The position numbers and the translations under genes were made by a program. This document shows, in pieces, positions 42,920-56,904 of a stretch of 64,000 nucleotides of DNA. Under the pieces are notes generated by a model that saw only the letters and a list, made by a program, of their open reading frames with translations, searched no databases and was not told the DNA's origin. This stretch comes from Eledone cirrhosa. Taxonomy: Eukaryota. The DNA is taken from NCBI GenBank assembly GCA_964016885.1, contig OZ024745.1, positions 21,576,001-21,640,000 of the forward strand. The letters run 5' to 3'. The stretch's first letter is position 1, and each line of letters begins with the position of its first letter.

Positions 42920-44793
42920 TATGTCGATAAAATTAAGTACCAGTAATGCACTGGGTAATTGGTGGCCTTGTGCCTAAAGTAGAAACAATTATATATTCCA
43001 TTATATATTTCATTATATATTTCTTTTATTCCTTTTTTATTAATTACATATTCATATCTAATTTTTCATTGTTTTTCATTAATTTGTTCACTATCAATTT
43101 ATTAATTTATTATATTAATATGTATATTGCTTCTGTTATTTTAATTTTAATAATCAATTTTATTTATATATATTTATAATGGTGGTCTACATTTATTGTC
43201 ATTTCCATAATGACTATTACAATTATTGCTGTTCCTTCCTGTCCACCCCTGTCACACGGTTATAGACGGAGATATAAAGGTAGATATATTGTTTCTACGT
43301 TAGGCACAAGGTCAGCAATCACCCAGTGTATTACTGGTACTTATTTTATCGACCCCGTAAGGATGAAAGGCAAAGTCAACCTCGGCGGGATTTGAACTCA
43401 GATCGTAAAGGGACGTAACTATGCTGAAAAGCATGGCGTCCGACCCTCTACCGATACTGCCAATCCAATAAATATAATTGTTTCTACTTTTGGCACAAAG
43501 CCAGCAATAACGCAGTGTATTACTGGTACTTTATTTTATCGACCCCGTAAGGATGAAAGGCAAAGATAACCTCGGCGGGATTGATAGATAGCTGTGTACA
43601 CACACTCTCTCTCACACACACACTCTATCTCTCATACACACACACGCACATACATCCCCCCTCCACATACACACACTCTAACTCTCTCTCACACATACAC
43701 ACTCATACACACACTCTCTCTCTCACACACACACTCTCTCTCTCACACACACACTCTCTCTCTCTCACACACACACTCTCTCTCTCACACACACACTCTC
43801 TCACACACACACACACTCACTCTTTCTCTCTCTCTAGCTCACACACACACACACATACACACACAGACTCATACACACACACACACACTCATGCACACAC
43901 ACACACTCTCTCTCTCTCTCACACACACACACACTCACACACACACATACTCTCACACACACATTTACACACATACACGCACACACTCACACTCACACTC
44001 ATACACATACACACACACACACACACTCTCTCCCCCTCTCTCTCTGTCACACAGAGTGGATTGACAGTATCGGTAGAGAGTCGGACACCATGCTTTGAAG
44101 CATAGAGTTACGTCCCTTTATGATCTGAGATCAAATCCCGCCGAGGTTAACTTTGCCTTTCATCCTTACGGGGTCGATAAAATAAAGTACCAGTAATGTA
44201 CTGGGTAATTTGCTGGCCTTATGCCAAAAAATAGAAACAATTATTCTCTGTACGAGGAAATATTACCATAGTATATGTCGTTGTTGTTATTGTTGATAGG
44301 GTGTTAGTGTAGATAATGCTAGTTGTAGTAATAATAATTGTTTCAAGTTTGGGCACAAGGCCAGCAATCCAGTGTGTTACTGGTACTTTATTTTATCGAC
44401 CCCTTCAGGATGAAAGGCAAAGTTAACCTCAGCAGGATTTGAACTCAGAACGTAAAGGGCCTTAACTCTGTACTACAAATCATGACATCCGACTCTCCAT
44501 CGATACTGCCATAATAATTGAGGTGATGGGAAAGTCAATTAAATCTATCCCAGTACATTATTGGTACCTTATTTTATCTACCACGAAAGGGGAAAAGGCC
44601 AAGTTGACCTCGGCGGGTTGTAGTATTAATAATTGTTTCTACTTTTGGCACAAGGCCAGCAATTATCCAGTGTATTACTGGTACTCTATTTTATCGACTT
44701 CGTAAGGATGAGATTTGAACTCAGATCATAAAGGGCCATAACTCTTTGCTGCAAAGCATGGCATCCGACCCTCTACCGATACTGCCAATCCAC
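42920..44793. mobile_element. Cluster of about 7 full or partial Meta-domain-like SINEs in both orientations
   Basis: Copies at ~42922, 43287, 43475, 44053, 44335, 44540 and 44628. Confidence 0.85.
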
Positions 44794-44794
44794 C

Positions 44795-47700
44795 GGTGTT
44801 AGTGGTGATGGAATTGTTGATGCTGGTGTTGAGGATGGTAGTTGTGAAGGCTGTAATGTAAGTAGAGCAGTGGCAGTGGTTGTGTGGGTATTGGTGTTAG
44901 TTGTGATGGTAGAGAGTGGTTGTGATGGTAGAGAGTGGTTGTGTGGTGGGGAGTTGTTGTGTGGTGGGGAGTTGTTGCTGTTACTGTTGCTTTTTGTGAT
45001 GTTGGTGGTAATGATGCTAAATATGTTGATTAAGATGCTGGGGCTGGAATGGAGATGGCGTATCGGGTGGTGGTTGTAATGGTAGTGGTGGCAGTGGTGG
45101 TAGTGGTAGTATTGGTGGTAGTGGTTCTGTTGATGTTGGCGTTTCCTGTGATAGTGATGGCAGTGGTGGTAGTGGTGGCAGTGGTGGTAGTGGTGTCAGT
45201 GGTGGTAGTGGTAGTAGTGGTGGAAGTGGTTGCAGTAGTAGTGGTAATAGTGGTGGTAGTGGTGGCAGTGGTGGTAGTGGTGGTAGCGGTGGCAGTGGTG
45301 GTAGTGGTGGTAGCGGTAGCAGTGGTGGCAGTGGTAGCAGTGGTGGTAGTGGTAGTAGTGGTGGTCGTGGTAGTAGTGGTGGTAGTGGTGGCAGTGGTAG
45401 TAGTGGTGGTAGCGGTAGTAGTGGTGTTAGCGGTAGTAGTGGTGGTAGTGGTGATAGTGGTAGTAGTGGTAATAGTGGTGGTAATGGTAGTAGTGGTGGT
45501 AGTGGTGGTAGTGGTGGTAGCGGTAGTAGTGGTGGTAGTGGTGGTAGTGGTGGCAGTGGTAGTAGTGGTGGTAGCGGTAGTAGCGGTAGTAGTGGTGGTA
45601 ATGGTAGTAGTGGTGGTAGTGGTGGTAGTGGTAGTAGTGGTAGTAGTGGTGGTAGCGGTAGTAGCGGTAGTAGTGGTGGTAATGGTAGTAGTGGTGGTAG
45701 TGGTGGTAGTGGTAGTAGTGGTAGTAGTGGTGGTAGCGGTAGTAGTGGTAGTAGTGGTGGTAGTGGTAGTAGTGGTGGTAGTGGTGGTAGCGGTAATAGT
45801 GGTGGCAGTGGTGGCAGTGGTGATAGTGGTAGTAGTGGTAATAGTGGTGGTAATGGTAGTAGTGGTGGTAGTGGTGGTAGTGGTGGTAGTGGTGGTAGCG
45901 GTAGTAGTGGTGGTAGTGGTGGTAGTGGTGGCAGTGGTAGTAGTGGTGGTAGTGGTAGTAGTGGTGGTAGCGGTAGTAGCGGTAGTAGTGGTGGTAATGG
46001 TAGTAGTGGTGGTAGTGGTGGTAGTGGTAGTAGTGGTAGTAGTGGTGGTAGCGGTAGTAGTGGTAGTAGTGGTGGTAGTGGTGGTAGTGGTAGTAGTGGT
46101 GGTAGTGGTGGTAGTGGTAGTAGTGGTGGTAGTGGTAGTAGTGGTGGTAGTGGTGGTAGTGGTGGTAATGGTAGTAGTGGTGGTAGTGGTAGTAGTGGTA
46201 GTAGTGTTGGTAGTGGTGGTAGTGGTAGTAGTGGTGGTAGTGGTAGTAGTGGTGGTAGTGGTGGTAGCGGTAGTAGTGGTGGTAGTGGTAGTAGTGGTGG
46301 TAGTGTTGGTAGTGGTGGTAGTGGTAGTAGTGGTGGTAGTGGTAGTAGTGGTGGTAGTGGTGGTAGTGGTGGTAGTGGTAGTAGTGGTGGTAGTGGTAGT
46401 AGTGGTAGTAGTGTTGGTAGTGGTGGTAGTGGTAGTAGTGGTGGTAGTGGTAGTAGTGGTGGTAGTGGTGGTAGCGGTAGTAGTGGTGGTAGTGGTAGTA
46501 GTGGTGGTAGTGGTGGTAGTGGTGGTAATGGTAGTAGTGGTGGTAGTGGTGGTAGCGGTAGTAGTGGTAGTAGTGGTGGTAATGGTAGTAGTGGTGGTAG
46601 TGGTGGTAGCGGTAGTCGCGGTAGTAGTGGTGGTAGTGGTAGTAGTGGTGGTAGTGGTGGTAGCGGTAGTAGCGGTAGTAGTGGTGGTAGTGGTAGTAGT
46701 GGTGGTAATGGTAGTAGTGGTGGTAGTGGTGGTAGTGGTGGTAGTGTTGGTAGTGGTAGTAGTGGTGGTAGTGGTAGTAGTGGTGGTAATGTTGGTAGTG
46801 GTAGTAGTGGTGGTAGTGGTAGTAGTGGTGGTAGTGGTGGTAGCGGTACTAGTGGTAGTAGTGGTGGCAGTGGTGGTATTGGTGGTAGTGGTAGTAGTGG
46901 TGGTAGTGGTAGTAGTGGTGGTAGTTGTAGTAGTGGTGGTAGTGGTGGTAGTTGTAGTAGTGGTGGTAGTGTTGGTAGTGGTAGTAGTGGTGGTAGTGGT
47001 AGTAGTGGTGGTAGTGGTGGTAGCGGTACTAGTGGTAGTAGTGGTGGCAGTGGTGGTATTGGTGGTAGTGGTAGTAGTGGTGGTAGTGGTAGTAGTGGTG
47101 GTAATGGTAGTAGTGGTGGTAGTGGTGGTAGTGGTGGTAGTGTTGGTAGTGGTAGTAGTGGTGGTAGTTGTAGTAGTGGTGGTAGTGTTGGTAGTGGTAG
47201 TAGTGGTGGTAGTGGTAGTAGTGGTGGTAGTGGTGGTAGCGGTACTAGTGGTAGTAGTGGTGGCAGTGGTGGTATTGGTGGTAGTGGTAGTAGTGGTGGT
47301 AGTGGTAGTAGTGGTGGTAGTTGTAGTAGTGGTGGTAGTGGTGGTAGTTGTAGTAGTGGTGGTAGTGTTGGTAGTGGTAGTAGTGGTGGTAGTGGTAGTA
47401 GTGGTGGTAGTGGTGGTAGCGGTACTAGTGGTAGTAGTGGTGGCAGTGGTGGTATTGGTGGTAGTGGTAGTAGTGGTGGTAGTGGTAGTAGTGGTGGTAG
47501 TGGTAGTAGTGGTTGTAGTTGTAGTAGTGGTAGTAGTGGTAGTAGTGGTGGTAGTGGTGGTAGTGGTGGTAGTGGTGGCAGTGGTGGTATTGGTGGTGGT
47601 GGTGTTGGTGTTGTTGGTTGTGGTGGTTTGGTGGTGGTGGTGTTGGTGGTGGTGGTGGTGGTGGTGTTGGTGATGGTGGTGGTGGTTTGGTGGTGGTGGT

Positions 47701-50700
47701 GTTGGTAGTGATGGCGGTGGCGATGGTGGTGGTGATGGTGGTGATGATGGTGGTGATAGTGGTGGTGGTGGTTTGGTGGTGATGGTGGTGATGGTGGTGG
47801 TGGTGGTGGTGTTGGTGGTGGTGTTGGTGGTGTTGGTGGTGGTGGTGGTGTTGGTGGTAGTGGTGGTGTTGGTGGTGGTGGTGGTCGTGGTGGTGGTGTT
47901 GGTGGTGTTGGTAGTGGTGGTGGTGGTGGTGGTGTTGGTGTTGGTGGTGGTGGTGGTGGTGCTGTTGGTGGTGGTGGTTGTGGTGTTCGTGGTGGTGGTG
48001 GTGGTGGTGGTGGTGTTGGTGGTGTTAGTGGTGGTGGTGGTGGTGGTGGTGGTGGTGTTGGTGTTGGTGGTGGTGGTGCTGTTGGTGGTGGTGGTTGTGG
48101 TGTTCGTGGTGGTGGTGGTGGTGGTGGTGTTGGTGTTGGTGGTGGTGGTGGTGGTGGTGTTGGTGGTGGTGGTGGTGTTGGTGGTGGTGGTGGTGGTGGT
48201 GGTGGTGGTGGTGGTCGTGGTGGTGGTGTTGGTGGTGTTGGTGGTGGTGTTGGTGGTGGTGTTGGTGTTGGTGGTGGTGGTGGTGGTGGTGCTGTTGGTG
48301 GTGGTGGTTGTGGTGTTCGTGGTGGTGGTGTTGGTGGTGTTGGTGGTGGTGTTGGTGGTGGTGGTGTTGGTGTTGGTGGTGGTGGTGGTGCTGTTGGTGG
48401 TGGTGGTGTTTGTGGTGGTGGTGGTGGTGTTGGTGGTGCTGGTGGTGCTGGTGTTGGTGGTGGTACTGTTTCCTGTGATAGTTCTGTTTCCTGCACAGCA
48501 GATATTAATGTTGTTTTCATTTTTGCTTGGGTTTTTTTTTTGTCATTGTTGTTTTGTAGTTGTTTTTGTTGTTGTTATTGTTGTTATTGTTGTTATTGTT
48601 GTTTTTGTGGTTGTTGTTGTTGTTGTTTCTGATGGTGGTGGTGTTGGTTGTGCTAGTTTAGCACGGCGGTGGCGTTAATAGCAATGGCATTACTACGGCT
48701 GCTAATATGGTAGTTTCAATGGAAGTGATGTGGGTGTTGCGGCAGTGGTGGTATTGGTAGTGATAGTGGTGGTGGTGGTAGTGGTTGTGATAGTGGTAGT
48801 GGTAGTGATTGTGGTAGTGGTGGTAGTGGTGGTAGTGGTGGAGTAGTGATGGTCGTGGTAGTGGTAGTGATTGTAATAGTAGTGGTAGTGGTTGTGATAG
48901 TGGTAGTGTTAGTGATTGTGGTAGTGGTGGTAGTGATGGAGTTGTAATGACAGTGTTATTAATGGTGGTAGTGGTTGTGATAGTGGTAGTGGTAGTGATT
49001 GTAGTATTGGCGGTAGTGGTAGCTGTTGTATATTATGTTGGTTGCGGTGGTGAGAGAGTTTAGAATGTATAGGTCTGTATTGGTGATGGGGAACGTCTTG
49101 AAGGTTGGCGGCAGTTAGGTGGTAGTTGTTGTTTAGTACTAGGTCAACCTTGATCGGACAGACTTTTGTTCAAAGACATTCCAGTAGCACATTATCCAAT
49201 GTATATTTCGAAGCCTATTTGGCTATACATGAGGAACACTTGACTACTATTTCTCGCAAGTCAAGCAAATAGAGGCTTCACCACTAACTTGATTCCATGA
49301 TAAAAATGTAAGTATAAAACTGGTATCTATGGGGTGGGTACTGATAGTAGTGTAGTGCTGTTTGACACAAGGCCATACCAGGGAATGCAAGGCCGGGTCA
49401 GGCTTGATTCTACAAACCTGTGATCAAAAGTATTCCAACCATGACCATCCCGTCAGTTATATTTTTTAAAATGTAGTGTATATCTAAGATTTTCTACTGA
49501 CACGTTAAAAAAAAAGAAAGATTAGCGTATAGAATGAGAGAGATTCAGCTGCTATTTCGTGCAGGTCGGTTGACTACATAAAGGCTATTCCTGTTAATGG
49601 TGGCGCTGAGTGAGAGCTGACGAAGTGTGATGGCGGTGGTGGTGGTGCTGGTGATTGATGAGAATGTAGGTGTTCTAAATGTCGCTACTGGTGGTGAGGT
49701 GGTGCTGGTGGTGTTGAGTTCTTGTTGTGGTGGTGGTGAGGTGGCGATGGTGGTGTGGAGTTGTTGTTGTGGTGGTGGTGGCGATGGTGGTGTTGAGGTG
49801 GCGACGGTAGTGTTGAGTTGTTGTTGTTGTGGAGGTGGCGATGGTGGTGTTGAGTTGTTGTTGTGGTGGTGGTGAGGTGGCGACGGTAGTGTTGAGTTGT
49901 TGTTGTTGTGGAGGTGGCGATGGTGGTGTTGAGTTGTTGTTGTGGTGGTGGTAGCGATGGTGGCGTTGGGTTGTTGTTGATGTTGTGGTGTTGTGTTGTT
50001 GTGGTGGTGGCGATGGTGGTGTTGTGTTGATGCTGTGGTGGCGATGGTGGCGTTGTGTTGTTATTGTGGTGGTGGTGGCGATAGCGGTGTTGTCTTGCTG
50101 TGGTGTTGGTGGTGATGGTAATGGTAGTGATGGTGGTGATGGTAGTGGTAGTGTTGATGGTAGTGGTGATGGTAGTGGTAGTGGTGATGGTAGTGGTAGT
50201 GGTGATGGTAGTGGTGGTGGCGATGGTAGTGTTGATGGTAGTGTTGATGGTAGTGGTGGTGGTGATGGTAGTAGTGGTGGTGATGATAGTGGTGATGGTA
50301 GTGGTGGTGGTGATGGTAGTTGTGATGGTAGTGGTGGTGGTGATGGTAGTGGTGATGGTAGTGGTGGTGGTGATGGTAATGGTGATGGTAGTGGTAGCGG
50401 TAATGGCAGTGGTGATGGTAGTGGTGGTGGTGATGGTAGTGGTGGTGGTGATGGTAGTGGTGATGGTAGTGGTTGGTGGTGGTGATGGTAGTGGTAGCGG
50501 TAATGGTAGTGGTGATGGTAGTGGTGGTGCTGATGGTAGTGGTGATGGTAGTGGTGGTGGTGATGGTAGTGGTGGTGGTGATGGTAGTGGTGATGGTAGT
50601 GGTGGTGCTGATGGTAATGGTGATGGTAGTGGTGGTGGTGATGGTAGTGGTGATGGTAGTGGTGATGGTGATGGTAGTGGTGATGGTAGTGGTGGTGGTG

Positions 50701-52064
50701 ATGGTAGTGGTGGTGGTGATGGTAGTGGTGATGGTAGTGGTGATGGTAGTGGTGATGGTAGTGGTGGTGGTGATGGTAGTGGTGATGGTAGTGGTGGTGG
50801 TGATGGTAGTGGTGATGGTAGTGGTGGTGGTGATGGTAGTGGTGGTGGTGATGGTAGTGGTGATGGTAGTGGTGGTGGTGATGGTAGTGGTGGTGGTAGT
50901 GGTGGTGGTGGTGGTAGTGGTTACGTAATTGCGTTGGTGTTTATTGCTGACAGTGTAACCGGTGACGGCGGTAGTGGTGTTGTTGGCGTGGCTGCTGCTG
51001 ATAATAGCTGCTGTGTTTGTGTGTGTGTGTGTGTGTGAATGTGTGAGTGTGTGCGTGTTGGCGTGTGTATGTATGTGTGTGAGTGTGTGTGTTTGTTTTG
51101 AATGTTAATGCAGTGTGTGTGAATGTGTATGTGTGTGTCTGTATGTGTCTGTGTGTGTGAATGTGTGTGTGTATGTGTTTGCGGAGGGCGTAGATGTAAG
51201 ACAGTGGTGGTGGCGGTGTTGGTGGTGGCGATGGTGGTGGATGTGGTGGTGGTGGATGTGGTGGTGATGGTGGTGGTGGTGGTGGTGGTGGTGTTGTGCG
51301 GATATCGTGGCGGCAGTTGTGTAATTTGGACTGGTTTGGGATGGTGGTGGCGCCAGAAAGGGTTTCTTTTATGGTAATGGTGATGGCAGTGGTGGTGGTA
51401 GAGGTGGAGGTGGTTGTGGTAGTGGTGGAGGTGATTGTGGTGGTGGTAGGGGAGGAGGTGGTGGTTGTGTTGGAAATGACGGTGGTAGTGGTGGGGCTTT
51501 TAAGTCGTGATGGCATTGGTGGTGGACCTGATCCTGGTTGTGGAGGTGAGGGGGTTAAGTAGTGTTGAGGTGGTAGTGGAAGTGGTAGTGGTGGCAGTAG
51601 TAATGGGGGTGATATAGAGGGGCAACGGTAAGTTAGTGGTGACGGCGGAGGTGGTAGTAGAGGTGAGCCTGATGTTGTGGTTGGGAAGGTGATTTGTACA
51701 TTTTGTAAGATGGTGGTGGTGGTGGTGGTGGTGTTGGTGGTGTTAATGGTGGTGGTGGTGCTGCTAGTGGTACTGGTGGTGGTGGTGTCGGTGGTGGTGG
51801 TACTGGTGGTGGTGTTGGTGTCGGTGTTGGTGCTGGTGGTACTGGTGGTGTTGGTGGTCGTGGTGGTAGTGGTGATGGTAGTGCTGATGGTGGTAGTAAT
51901 GGTGGTGATGGTGGTGGGGTGATGGTGGTGGGTGATGGGGGAGTGATGGTGGTGGGTGATGGTAGAGGTGATGGTGGTAGTAGTGTCGGTGAGCTAGGCG
52001 TGAAGCAGCACAAGGTGTGGTTTGTTGGGCAAAAGACAGTGGTCGTTGATTTCTAATGGCGCTT

Positions 52065-52114
<50 letters not shown>

Positions 52115-52531
52115 GGTGGTGGTGGTGGTGGTATTGCGGCTGCTGCTGCTGCTGCTGTTGCTGAAGCTAATGATGATGGCAGTGGGAATAAGAGGGTGGT
52201 ATAAGTGTTAGCGGTGGTGCGGGTGTGTTGTGTCAGTGGTAGTGATGGTGCTGGTTGTATGTATATATGTATGTCTGATGATTAAAAATGGCGGCTATTC
52301 CGACGCTGCCGTTTCATACACCTCCCCACTCACACTCTGTCCTCCAGCACTCACCCACCATCGCCGTCGGCTACCTACTTTTGTTTTTTACTTTATTTTT
52401 CTTGTTGCTTTTCTTAGTTTTATTTTTTTCCTACATTTATTTTCTCTCTTTTTTTTTTTATATTTTTTGTTTTCTCTCTTTACTTTTTTTTTTGCTTAAT
52501 ACATTTCCATACCAGCAGCTGTCACTGTGCC

Positions 52532-52562
<31 letters not shown>

Positions 52563-53855
52563 CCAGCAACAACAACAACACCTTATCACGATCGCCATAT
52601 AACCACCAGCCTAACCCAACCCAACTCACACAGCCAACATTGCAATCATCATTAGCGCAGTTTGCTGCCGCTACGAACGACAATAAACCGACGCCGCCAT
52701 CACTATCACCAGAACACCCTCCTATAATCACCACCACCATCACCACCACCACAACCTCCACCACCATCAAGAGCACATCCACTACTACCAACACAACCAC
52801 CACAAACACAAACACTACCACCAACAGCAATACCACAACCAACACTACCACCACCACCACCACCATCATCACCACGATCACCGCCATCACCATGACCAGA
52901 ACCAGTACCACCACCACCAACAACACAACAACCAACACCACCAACACAACCACCAACACCAACACAACCACCACCACCACCACCAAACACCACCATCACC
53001 ACCACCAACACTACCACCACCACTACCAACACAACCACCACAAACACAAACACAACCACCACCACCACCACCAACACCACCACCATCACCACCACCACCA
53101 CCAACACCACCACCATCACCACCACCACCACCACCAACACCACGATAACCACAACCACCACCATCACCACCAACACTACCACCACCACTACCAACACAAC
53201 CAACGCAAACACAACCACCACCACCAACACCACCACTATCACCACCACCACCAACACCACCACCATCACCACCAACACCAACACCGACACCATCAACACC
53301 ACCACCATCACCACCACCACCACCAACACCACCACCACCACCACCACCACCATCACCACCACCACTAACACCAACACCACCACCATCACCACCACCAACA
53401 CTACCACCACCAATACCAACACAACCAACGCAAACACAAACACAACCACCACCACCAACACCAACACCACCACCACCACCACCATCACCACCACCACCAT
53501 CACCACCACCACCACCACCATCACCACCACCATCACCACCACCATCACCACCACCACCATCACCACCACCACCATCACCACCACCACCACCACCACCACC
53601 ACCATCACCACCACCACCACCATCACCACCACCACCACCACCATCACCACCACCATCACCACCACCATCACCACCACCACCATCACCACCACCACCACCA
53701 CCACCACCATCACCACCACCATCACCACCACCATCACCACCACCACCATCACCACCACCATCACCACCACCAACTCAACCACCACCACCACCACCACCAC
53801 CACCACCACCAGCAACACCACCACCACCATCACCACCACCACAACAACAACAACA
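44795..53855. repeat. ~9 kb compound trinucleotide block: (GGT/AGT/GAT)n on plus to ~52200, (ACC/ATC/AAC)n from ~52520
   Basis: Direct reading; source of the poly-V, poly-P/L, poly-H and GDGS ORFs. Confidence 0.95.
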
Positions 53856-54306
53856 TCAGGTAGAGCGCCAGGCAAGATGTTTTGAGGTATTCAGTTATGT
53901 CTTATAACGTTCTGAGTCCAAATGCCACAGAGTTCAAGTACCATTCCTGTACAGGGTAGTTGTCTTCGAACCCTCACCACACAATTGTTGGTCTCCTGCC
54001 TAAATTAGAAGGCCTTATTACTAATACAGTAGCTTTACCTTTCATCCTTACGGGATCGCTAAAATAATGTACCAGTAACGCACTGGGGTCGATTTAATCG
54101 ACTTTGCCCTTCTCTTTAAATTGCTGGTCTTGTGACAAATGTGGAAACAATGATACCTTCAATAATATATGCATATTTCTGCGTGTGCGTATGTGTGTGT
54201 ATGTGTGTGTGTGCATGCGTGTGTTTTGTGCGGGTGCGTGTGCCTGCTTGTGTTTGTCCATCAAAATTCAATGATGACCATCTCATTCAACTATGGATCT
54301 TCTAAT

Positions 54307-54363
<57 letters not shown>

Positions 54364-54366
<3 letters not shown>

Positions 54367-54607
54367 TAGCTCACACCTATGCAGGTTCAGCTGGCCTCCT
54401 CCAAGGTATATCTCGTTGGAGGTGTGTTGGGTAATTTAATGATAGGGACCCCAGTCCTATCATCTCATTTCTACAGCTGAGTAAACTGGAGTCACGTGAA
54501 ATAAAGTGTCTTGCTCAAGGAAACAACACATCACCCGGTCCGAGAAATGAACTCGCAACCTTTCGATTGCTAGACCAATGCCCTAGCCACGAAGCCATGC
54601 GCCTTCG
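54364..54607 (-). mobile_element. CORE-type SINE with (CA)n tail
   Basis: Close copy of 11208-11450. Confidence 0.85.
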
Positions 54608-55044
54608 CCACCACCAACACCAACACAATGATTGTGTATTCCAATGTGTTTCATGTGCAGTTTCAGTCGCAGACAGGACATGTAAATATTTAGTTGTAGA
54701 GATAAGGTGTCACTCTGTACGCATGCCTCCTTCCTTGCTTCTCTTTGTAAAGCTGAGTACATGTCTCCTCCCTGTTTCAATCTTCCTCCAACAATAAGAA
54801 GGTCATAACAAATGGTGGGTAAGATTGCCGTCAACTCTAGAAAGGTTCATGTAACTCCCCATAAAATTGATCTTTATCTCATCTTTAAACCTCTTCTTTG
54901 CTTGTCCAGCCATGCTATGACCATGATGTGTTCTGCCCTATATTACGCTACATGGGATATTACATTTCTGAACCACGTCACTCGATACCTGTATAGGTAT
55001 ATTGGGTTAAAACTAATTGATTTCAAGGCACAGCCTAAACATAA

Positions 55045-55094
<50 letters not shown>

Positions 55095-55661
55095 AATCAT
55101 TAGAACATATGACTGATAAAATGACAAGTCAGTCAATCATATTGGTGGCCTCCCCACAGCCCCGGCGAACAGAATGGAGAAGGCGTTTCCCCGGAGGACG
55201 GCAAGGGAGAAACGCTGGAAAAGCCATTCCAGCTCGCGAGGCTCACACCCGCGGCTGGCCAGCTCAGCGCCTATGGTGGTGAGAGTATGGATGTAGCCCT
55301 AGGGCCGAGGACACCAGATGTCTCCACTGCCAAGGGTACAACCGCAAACCTATCGGAGAGCGACCGGTATATGAAGAGCTTGGCCTCCTCAGCCCGACGT
55401 GCAGAAGAACCTAGGCTAGTCGCAGACTGCACCAGGTTGCGGCTGGAGAAAGTGTTGTCTCAAGAAGGATTGATATTATTCCTCCTAAAAATGATTTTCA
55501 TCTCGTCTTTAAACCGCTTCTTTCATCCTCCAGCCAGGCAATACATATGATGTCTTCTGCTCTAGAATATGTTATATGAGATAACATGTCAGAACACCTT
55601 CAGTTGATGACTGTAAAGTGTGGATTTGATGTTGTTGGTTCTACGGATGCTCTCTCTCACA

Positions 55662-55755
<94 letters not shown>

Positions 55756-55995
55756 ATCTCTATCTCTCTCTCTCTCACCAGGGGTCTGAAATAATCTTTT
55801 GAACACACTGAATATTTATGACCAGACCAGCGTTAATATGTTGGCTTATATGGAACATGGCTGACACCCATGCAGGAGAATGTAGACACAGACTGCTGGT
55901 ACACAAGAACCATGTGTACCAGCAGTCTTATAAAGGTAAATACATTTATAGACACACGCATTTTCGTGCATCGTGCACACACATACACACGCGCG

Positions 55996-56058
<63 letters not shown>

Positions 56059-56904
56059 GTATATATGAAAAAATGGGGAGAAGAATACTGCAGGTTGCAC
56101 ATGGATAACATGTAATAAAATAAGTCCCTCATCAGTGATTTGCCGACGATCATAGATATTTCATTGCATTAAAAATCATATACCTCACGTCGGTGCAATA
56201 ATAACTAAATTAAGTTATTAGGACAATTAAAACGCGTAAAGCGAGTGAGACAAGATAACAACAAAGAGGAGAGCTAACCGTAGAAGGAAGGGAACAAGCT
56301 TCATAGTTATTCTGTTAGCATAAGCTAGGTGAATATATGAGCGTTTAGAAAAAAGACCTTTCGGGAACGAATTCAAATGTGAGAAAGAGAGAAAATGTTT
56401 TCGTCGCGAACGGGGTGAAGTGAGAAGAGGAGAAACAGTGAGTGAGTGAGTGGAAGTGTGGGGAAGAGTTAACTGACATGACAGAGGGGGCGAAAGAAAG
56501 TAGGAGAAACAGAGAGAACGAGGGAGCAGTAAGAGAGAGAGAAAAAAACAGAATCGCAGTTTAGGTAAATATATGTGAAAAAATGGGGAGAAGAATACTG
56601 CAGGTTGCACATGGATAACATGTAATAAAATAAGTCCCTCATCAGTGATTTGCCGACGATCATATATATATATATTTATATATATATAACAAAGGAATGT
56701 AGTAAGGAACCAGATGGACCATAACGCACCAGAGTACTCAACACTTAGGGTAGTAGAGTGGGTAATATGAAAATGCTTAACCCCGACGGTAGAGCTCAAG
56801 CCGTTTCGACGACGAAACGGCTTGAGGTCTGCCGTCACGGTTAAACATTTTCATATATATATATATATATGCGTGTGTGTGTCTGTGTGTGTGTATGTAT
56901 GGTA

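Noticed and set aside
49985-53875. GDGSG-repeat and poly-His/Thr ORFs as structural proteins
   Set aside because: Trinucleotide-derived, frames shift mid-array, and no signal peptide or splice support is visible.
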